Source: Amoeboradix gromovi X-113 (Eukaryota > Fungi > Sanchytriomycota). From it: DNA of 5,162 nt. A program made the position numbers and the translations under genes. Shown here one piece after another: positions 1 through 5,162 of this stretch (its first letter is position 1; every line of letters begins with the position of its first letter). The stretch spans positions 1 through 5,162 of the forward strand of contig JADGIF010000686.1 in NCBI GenBank assembly GCA_018985225.1, given 5' to 3'. Under the pieces are notes generated by a model, which was given only the letters and a program-made list of their open reading frames with translations, had not been told where the DNA came from and did no database searches.

Positions 1-152
1 CTGTACAGAATATTTATTTTTGAAATTTCGATACAAATTGTCTAGTCTAGTTTTTACAGAGCATGTCCCATATGTTAAATCAATTCTAAAGAAATAACTA
101 ATAGTTGTAGTATACATTCATCAACACTGAGGAACTGGTCCAAATGTGGAAG

Positions 153-263
153 AATTCGATGCCATGTACAATATTTGGCACTCTAAAGAAAACCAATTTG
201 GAGAGCTATCCATGTACATAGTGTCATTGGAAGTGGACATGGACCACAAGGCACCAAGGAACA
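153..263 (+). pseudogene. TnpB/Fanzor-family nuclease C-terminal relic, copy A (more decayed)
   Basis: From 156 reads SMPCTIFGTLKKTNLESYPCT*CH, then after a 1-nt deletion near 227 reads LEVDMDHKAPRNK. It aligns codon-for-codon with copy B and has a TAG stop at 219-221. The same frame upstream (111-134, YTFINTEE) may correspond to the 'vi.vdE.yTS' strand that precedes the zinc finger (weak). Confidence 0.75.
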
Positions 264-375
264 AATTCGATGCCATGCACAAGGTGTGGTACTCTAAAGA
301 AAACCAATTTAGAAACCTGAACCTGTACAAAGTGTCATTTGAAGATAGATAGAGATCATATGGCTGCAAGGAACA
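153..375 (+). repeat. Imperfect tandem direct repeat, two units of 111/112 nt (153..263 and 264..375)
   Basis: Both units start AATTCGATGCCATG, share ACTCTAAAGAAAACCAATTT and TGTACA.AGTGTCATT, and end CAAGGAACA. Manual alignment gives about 86/112 identities with one indel. Confidence 0.95.
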
Positions 376-392
376 TATACATCAAGTATCTG
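264..392 (+). pseudogene. TnpB/Fanzor-family nuclease C-terminal relic, copy B (zinc finger + RuvC-III)
   Basis: Frame from 267 (absent from the ORF track) reads SMPCTRCGTLKKTNLET*TCTKCHLKIDRDHMAARNIYIKYL. This is S-x2-C-x2-C-G...C-x2-C-x4-DRD-x2-AARNI, the C-terminal signature of IS200/IS605/IS607 TnpB and Fanzor (consensus TS..C..CG...C..C....DRD.NAA.NI). Premature TGA at 318-320. The frame then stays open to TAA 510-512. Confidence 0.85.
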
Positions 393-403
393 CATCCTTA
401 TTC

Positions 404-519
404 AATCCCGCCTCAGGGTAGTGAAAGCGTGAGCAATCACTGTAACGAAGCATCTAGCATTGCTAGTTTCTCTGTGGAAATTCTCGATATTCTCGGAAAT
501 CAGGTCTTTTAACGAGGAG
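404..519 (+). ncRNA. Candidate omegaRNA/reRNA scaffold and element right end (putative guide from ~520)
   Basis: Lies just 3' of the RuvC-III motif, where TnpB/Fanzor guide-RNA scaffolds are encoded. Blocks AATCCCGCCTCAGGGTAGTGAAAGCGTGAGCAA (404-436) and CAGGTCTTTTAACGAGGAG (501-519) are conserved with the - strand copy. Hairpins: GTGA-GCAA-TCAC (429-440, GNRA loop) and CTAGC-ATT-GCTAG (454-466). The RNA identity is inferred, not shown. Confidence 0.6.
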
Positions 520-1098
520 TCCTCTCCCTGTAAGAACCCCCACATATTATAGAAATTGGAAAAAACCAGTCTCATCAGATCAGGTGACCCTACTAACTTA
601 GCAAAATAGGCTTCTAAAGTGTCTAGAAAAGACTGTAAGTAACTTTGCAAAAGCGAAGATAGTATTTGTATCTATATATTCAAATACAATGTTATATACT
701 GACGCAATCGAGTAAAGTAGTCCAGCGGAATACTTTAGAATTATTGGTCTATTCGTGAAATACAAAGCAAGTTTCAAATCTTTTAAATTCTTGAGTTACC
801 TTGACTAATGTGTTCGTCCTTGCGCGTATATCAAGAGTTTGATTCTTGTACTACAATTGCATTTACTGTTGCGCTGATTTTTTTCGTATCTATGCTCCTT
901 GGCATTTCCATTTAGGTCAATAAAACCTTCAGTAAAAGCTCAAAATTTTGATAAATTTTTTATACAGTTTATAAAAACGACATTTCTTCGTTTTCACATA
1001 AAGCGTAGAATATTTCAACTCATTTGTAAGTTATCTGGCTCAAACACGCCAACAATCATATTCTCACATTTATCCCCATTCTTATTGTTAACTGGATT

Positions 1099-1211
1099 CT
1101 CCACATTAAAAGTCCTGGGTTCATAAAAATCAAAAGTAACATAAAAAACCCGAAAGAGTTGGTCGCTCCTTCAAATTTTTTGCTCACGCTTCCACTACCT
1201 CAGGCGGGATT
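1099..1211 (-). ncRNA. Second candidate omegaRNA/reRNA scaffold and element right end (putative guide from ~1098 downward)
   Basis: Minus strand 1211-1180 AATCCCGCCTGAGGTAGTGGAAGCGTGAGCAA matches 404-436 at 30/33. 1117-1099 CAGGACTTTTAATGTGGAG matches 501-519 at 16/19. Block spacing is 62 nt versus 64 nt. A hairpin AACTC-TTTC-GGGTT (1160-1147) sits at the position equivalent to the 454-466 hairpin. Confidence 0.55.
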
Positions 1212-1281
1212 ATGAATGTACATAAGCATTGTTCCTTGCAGCCACATATTCGCTACAAGCCTTTAAGTGGCAGATCTTGTA
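1210..1281 (-). pseudogene. TnpB/Fanzor-family nuclease C-terminal relic, copy C
   Basis: Minus strand reads YKICHLKACSEYVAARNNAYVHS*, which aligns without gaps to CTKCHLKIDRDHMAARNI of copy B. 1230-1244 is a 15/15 reverse-complement match to 361-375. The C, H and L codons differ from copy B only at synonymous positions (TGC/TGT, CAC/CAT, TTA/TTG). The DRD motif is lost. Confidence 0.7.
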
Positions 1282-1546
1282 TACTGTTTTTCCGTATTTT
1301 TTACCTCAAGTTACACTACTTATTTAGGTTTTACTGCCAAACTTGATTGCATTCCACAGACTTCTTTCATTTTTCTTGCAACATAATTTGGAAAACTTAT
1401 TGTAGAAAAGAAAATCAAATATCAGGCTTTATTTTATTAAAACACTCTAGAAAGAGTGCCCATTTGAACAATGAGACTAAAATAGTAAACAATAAATCGT
1501 TTATTTAATTGAGCTCCCAAAATGTTGGATGGGATGCTGAGAATTC

Positions 1547-4500
1547 ATGACGGTAAAATTACGTCTTGTAGGCCGCCCTAGTTTTGAAATGAGTAACAAC
1601 CTCGGTAAAGAAAAGGAATCTATTACGATTGATTCTAACAACACTATGCATGTCCAGCACTTCCCTGAGAAAGACAAGGACAAAGAGAAAATCACGACGA
1701 AAAAGTCGATTGATGTTACTGAGCATTTGAAATCAATCGACGAGGTTTGCGCACTATTTGAGTCTAACTTTAAGTCTGGTTTATCATCAGAGGTTGCAGC
1801 TGCGAGATTACTTCGTGACGGCTTGAACCAGCTAACTCCACCAAAACGTAAAAGTCCAATTTTGATCTACTTCAAACAGTGGATTCAGCCATTTGCTCTT
1901 CTCCCGCTGACTGCAGGATTCCTATGTTTCGTACTGTACGGTATTACAATTGCCACTAATTCTCCGGATCTCACTAATCTGTATTTGGGAATAGTTTTAA
2001 TGTTTGTTGTTGGCATGAACGCGTTTATAGAATCTGTTCAAGAACTTAAATCTAATTCAGTCCTTAGTTCCTTTGGTAATATGATTCCACAACAAACCAT
2101 GGTCTGCCGAGATTCTAGTTGGATAAAAATTGAATCAAAGTCTCTTGTGGTTGGTGATTTAATGAAAATCAAAGAAGGTGATAAAATTCCAGCAGACATA
2201 CGTTGTATTCAGGTCAACAACTGTAAGGTGGACAACTCATCCCTGACAGGTGAAGTTGAACCTGTAGTTCGCAAATTGGAATCTAAAAGGGACAATCCAC
2301 TGGAAGCAGAAAATTTGGCGTTTTTTGGAACCCTTTGCGTTGGTGGTGATGCTTCAGGTATAGTGATACGAACTGGGGATCATACCGTTATTGGAAGTAT
2401 TGCTCATATGAGTAACTCAGGACCCCATATACTTAGTCCTCTGCACAGTGAGATCACCAAGTTTGTCAAGTTAATAGCAAGTGTTGCATTAATTGTTGCC
2501 TTGATATTCTTTTTTCTAGGCATAATCATTGGTGAGAACATTATCGACAACTTTCAATTCTTCATTGGTATATTTGTGGCCAATGTACCCCAAGGCCTAC
2601 CTGCTACTGTTAGTATGCTGCTCACATTTGCTGCTAAGCGATTAAGCAAAAGAAATGTACTAGTGAAAGATCTGCGAGCTGTAGATACATTAGGTGCTAT
2701 CACATTACTAGCTAGTGATAAAACAGGAACAATGACACAGAACCGGATGACTTTAACAAACTTCTGGACATCCAAGACAATTTTAAATGACAAAAACAGT
2801 GCTTCAACAGGACCTTACAGTCACTCATACGCAATGCCGGGTGTTGCATTAACAGCTGATAGCGTGGCCTTCAATCCGAAAGAAAACACGCTGTTAATGG
2901 ATTCCATGGCTCTGAATATTTTAGCTGAATATGACAAAAGTGATAGTACACACAACAAAATCAATGGCGACGCAACTGAGAGTGGTATATTGCGATTTTT
3001 ATATCAGACAAAACATAATGAAATCATAGCAAATTATCCACGACTTTTCAATATCCCTTTCAACAGTGCTAACAAATGGGCATTGACTATCCATAAATAT
3101 CCACATCCCAATGGTGATTTTGCGTTGTTCATAAAAGGTGCACCAGAACGAGTGTTGAGAATGTGTTCCAAGACGGTAAACGGATTGGATTTAACAGATA
3201 CAAACAATAACGCTTTTAATGCACAATTCAACAGTGCGTATAAAACCATGGCCAGTCAGGGCCAACGTGTATTGGCTATGGCTTACATGTTGATAAGTAG
3301 CAGCGATGCTGTTTTTGACGATGCACGGGTTGATTCTTTGGTAAATGAAAAATTAATGACTTTTATTGGCTTAATTTCATTAATCGATCCACCAAAGGAC
3401 AGAGTAAGCAAAGCTATCGGTAGCTGTCAAACTGCAGGTATCACGGTTATAATGGTCACAGGGGATCATCCTTTAACCGCTGAAGCTATTGCTAGACAGG
3501 TGGGGCTGCTGATTGGCGAAACCAGAGAGCAGGTGGCGTTGAGGTTAAATAGAGATGTTAAGTCGATTGGAGAAGATGAGTATCGAGCAGTAGTGGTTCA
3601 TGGTGAGAATTTGGAATCTTTTAGCAACTTAGAGTGGGATAGAATTCTAAACAAAAAGGAGATTGTATTTGCTAGGACGTCACCAAAGCAGAAGCTTGAA
3701 ATAGTGGCTCGATGTCAAGCCAAGGGGCATGTTGTGGCTGCCACAGGGGATGGGGTAAATGACTCTCCAGCTTTAAAAAGAGCAGATTTGGGTATTAGCA
3801 TGAATATCAGTGGAAGTGACGTAAGTAAGGAAGCTGCAAAGATGATATTAATGGACGATAACTTTGCTACTATAGTGGAAGGTATTGCAGAAGGAAGATT
3901 AATATTTGCAAATTTAAAAAAAGCTATAAGGTATACACTAACACATGTAACACCAGAGAACATGGCATTTCTATTGCATATTATACTGCCATTACCATTA
4001 ATGATGACACCGTTTTTGATACTGATGTTGGACCTGTTTACTGATGCGTTTCCCGCAATAACATACGCATTTGAAGCAGAAGAAGAGGATTTGATGGGAG
4101 AGCAGCCTAGAAGAACTGTTGTAGCAGCAGATTTAGTCGCAATTGATGATGAGGATGCTCGTAACTTGGGTAGAATTCCATCATTTAGAGTTGAAACAAA
4201 GAATGCGCCTACAAGTAAGGGACTCAAGGGGTTGTGGGGGAGATATGTAGATGCTGTATGGACCCGTAAGATCAATAAGTCGGATGAATCATTGATTGAC
4301 AGACAACTACTGTTTGTCTCTTATGTGCAGATGGGATTCATTATTCACATTGGCAGTTTAATAGCTTTCTTTTTGATATTTTATTTAGGTGTTGAAATTG
4401 AAGGAATCAATTATTCATTGGGTCCGAGCCAGTTGTTTGGATATCGCAGTTACAGAGAGGATATGATGACATTCCACGGGATCAGCCAGAGCACCTATGA

Positions 4501-4876
4501 TTTATTGTTAAGCAAAGCGCAATCAGGATATTTCATTAATATGATATGTGCGCAAGCAGCTGACTTGATCATTACAAAAGTAAAATACGGAAACATTTTT
4601 TCAAAACAGATATTTATAAATAAAATGTCATACTTGGGTATTGCGTTTTCATTCTCATGGGCATGTTTGGTTGTGTATTGTCCAGGAATCACAACAGTAC
4701 TTACTACAAGTGGACCGCGAGGAGAAGTATTTTTGGTAGGATTGGGCTCAGCAATCGGAATCATAATTTATGATACTTCGAGGAAATATGTGCTAAAGAA
4801 GGGCTACTTCGGTGGAATAAATGCAAGACCAGCAACGAAAATTGACGGAATTAAGCATGTTTTGACCAGGGATTGA
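1547..4876 (+). CDS. P-type cation-transporting ATPase, P2C subfamily (Na+/K+- or H+/K+-ATPase alpha-subunit-like), 1109 aa
   Basis: Uninterrupted ORF with the P2 motifs in order: DGLNQLTPPK (cf. DGPNALTPP), GDKIPADIR, KVDNSSLTGE (T at 2246), M4 IFVANVPQGL (2576-2599 for VANVPQGL), phosphorylation site SDKTGTMTQNRMT (D391, 2717-2719), GDATESGI, IPFNSANKW, KGAPER, DPPK, MVTGDHPLTA, EIVFARTSPKQKL, TGDGVNDSPALKRAD, GSDVSKEAA, GRLIFANLKK, M6 DLFTDAFPAITYAFE, M8 QAADLIITK. These wordings match the P2C rather than P2A/P2B/P3 families. The start is uncertain (ATG 1547, in-frame ATG 1589, or ATG 1522 via a micro-intron). Confidence 0.97.
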   Translation: MTVKLRLVGRPSFEMSNNLGKEKESITIDSNNTMHVQHFPEKDKDKEKITTKKSIDVTEHLKSIDEVCALFESNFKSGLSSEVAAARLLRDGLNQLTPPKRKSPILIYFKQWIQPFALLPLTAGFLCFVLYGITIATNSPDLTNLYLGIVLMFVVGMNAFIESVQELKSNSVLSSFGNMIPQQTMVCRDSSWIKIESKSLVVGDLMKIKEGDKIPADIRCIQVNNCKVDNSSLTGEVEPVVRKLESKRDNPLEAENLAFFGTLCVGGDASGIVIRTGDHTVIGSIAHMSNSGPHILSPLHSEITKFVKLIASVALIVALIFFFLGIIIGENIIDNFQFFIGIFVANVPQGLPATVSMLLTFAAKRLSKRNVLVKDLRAVDTLGAITLLASDKTGTMTQNRMTLTNFWTSKTILNDKNSASTGPYSHSYAMPGVALTADSVAFNPKENTLLMDSMALNILAEYDKSDSTHNKINGDATESGILRFLYQTKHNEIIANYPRLFNIPFNSANKWALTIHKYPHPNGDFALFIKGAPERVLRMCSKTVNGLDLTDTNNNAFNAQFNSAYKTMASQGQRVLAMAYMLISSSDAVFDDARVDSLVNEKLMTFIGLISLIDPPKDRVSKAIGSCQTAGITVIMVTGDHPLTAEAIARQVGLLIGETREQVALRLNRDVKSIGEDEYRAVVVHGENLESFSNLEWDRILNKKEIVFARTSPKQKLEIVARCQAKGHVVAATGDGVNDSPALKRADLGISMNISGSDVSKEAAKMILMDDNFATIVEGIAEGRLIFANLKKAIRYTLTHVTPENMAFLLHIILPLPLMMTPFLILMLDLFTDAFPAITYAFEAEEEDLMGEQPRRTVVAADLVAIDDEDARNLGRIPSFRVETKNAPTSKGLKGLWGRYVDAVWTRKINKSDESLIDRQLLFVSYVQMGFIIHIGSLIAFFLIFYLGVEIEGINYSLGPSQLFGYRSYREDMMTFHGISQSTYDLLLSKAQSGYFINMICAQAADLIITKVKYGNIFSKQIFINKMSYLGIAFSFSWACLVVYCPGITTVLTTSGPRGEVFLVGLGSAIGIIIYDTSRKYVLKKGYFGGINARPATKIDGIKHVLTRD

Positions 4877-4885
4877 ATAAATAAA
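4876..4885 (+). promoter_or_regulatory. Putative polyadenylation signal (two overlapping AATAAA) overlapping the ATPase stop codon
   Basis: TGAATAAATAAAA contains AATAAA at 4876-4881 and 4880-4885, with T-rich tracts downstream (~4905-4931). The AT-rich background makes a chance match possible. Confidence 0.45.
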
Positions 4886-5162
4886 AATAGTTTAAAACTA
4901 ACAATTATTTTGGGCCACAATTTCTTTATTTATGAATTGCAAATATTTGAAGACTAGGAAAAGTACCGAACTACTTTGTGGTATTTTAAACAAATTTCTG
5001 AACAATCTGAGGCGTATGCATCATTTAAGAAAGAACATACTGATGCAACCTACAGATCTATGTAATCTAGTCCACATTTATAACCTCCTCAGATATAAAT
5101 GAATATTAAAATCTAGAAGCACAAGTAGCAATTATGGTCCAAATATACCTAAAAGATGTATT

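Larger units (their letters stand above)
333..1272. repeat. Long degenerate inverted repeat: arms ~333..519 and ~1099..1272 around a ~580-bp spacer
   Basis: Three collinear reverse-complement blocks: 361-375/1230-1244 (15/15), 404-436/1180-1211 (30/33) and 501-519/1099-1117 (16/19), with weaker similarity out to 333/1272. Confidence 0.9.

Noticed and set aside
146-352. 68-aa + ORF with an internal repeat (FDAM..W.SKENQF) and the antisense 121..369 ORF
   Set aside because: Both are off-frame or antisense readings of the tandem repeat. The synonymous-change pattern and the Cys4/DRD motif identify a different frame as the ancestral coding one.
153-375. CRISPR array interpretation of the tandem repeat
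   Set aside because: There are only two units, similar along their whole length, with no unique spacers and no cas genes.
548-580. CTGATGAG on the - strand resembling a hammerhead ribozyme core
   Set aside because: No GAAA follows the weak stem, and stems I/III cannot be formed.
402-650. 82-aa - strand ORF
   Set aside because: It has a non-ATG start and no recognisable motif, and its 3' half is antisense to the conserved scaffold.
940-951. Perfect 12-bp palindrome TCAAAATTTTGA
   Set aside because: It is low-complexity AT-rich sequence with no supporting context.
899-1126. 75-aa + ORF
   Set aside because: It has a TTG start, an F/I/K-rich composition typical of AT-rich non-coding DNA, and no motif.
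1443-1458. Hairpin CACTCT-AGAA-AGAGTG upstream of the ATPase
   Set aside because: It is a 6-bp stem with no U-tract and no second copy, so no function can be assigned.
3715-4275. 186-aa antisense ORF (also 1501..1695, 2554..2793, 3034..3249, 4495..4764)
   Set aside because: These are shadow ORFs opposite the conserved ATPase coding sequence.
4932-5102. 56-aa + sORF (MNCKYLKT...) and an 8-bp hairpin CATTTATA/TATAAATG at 5075-5101
   Set aside because: The ORF has no motif, and both are compatible with chance in AT-rich DNA.

Overview
AT-rich, eukaryote-looking window, possibly from an early-diverging fungus or a protist (inference only). The right two-thirds is one uninterrupted gene (1547..4876, +) for a P2C-type (Na+/K+-ATPase-alpha-like) P-type ATPase with unusual ion-binding residues (PQGL instead of PEGL, YTLTHVTPE in M5). 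The upstream 1.3 kb, which the ORF track does not explain, holds three degenerate relics of the C-terminus of a TnpB/Fanzor-type RNA-guided nuclease (Cys4 zinc finger plus the RuvC-III 'DRDxxAARNI' motif). Two lie in tandem on + (153..263, 264..392) and one lies on - (1210..1281). The second + relic and the - relic are each followed by a collinear, conserved ~115-nt segment with hairpins, and similarity ends abruptly after '...GGAG'. This is the architecture expected of an omegaRNA scaffold/element right end followed by a variable guide. The two candidate guide-RNA cassettes face each other across ~580 bp of unexplained DNA. All alignments were done by eye and no database search was run.
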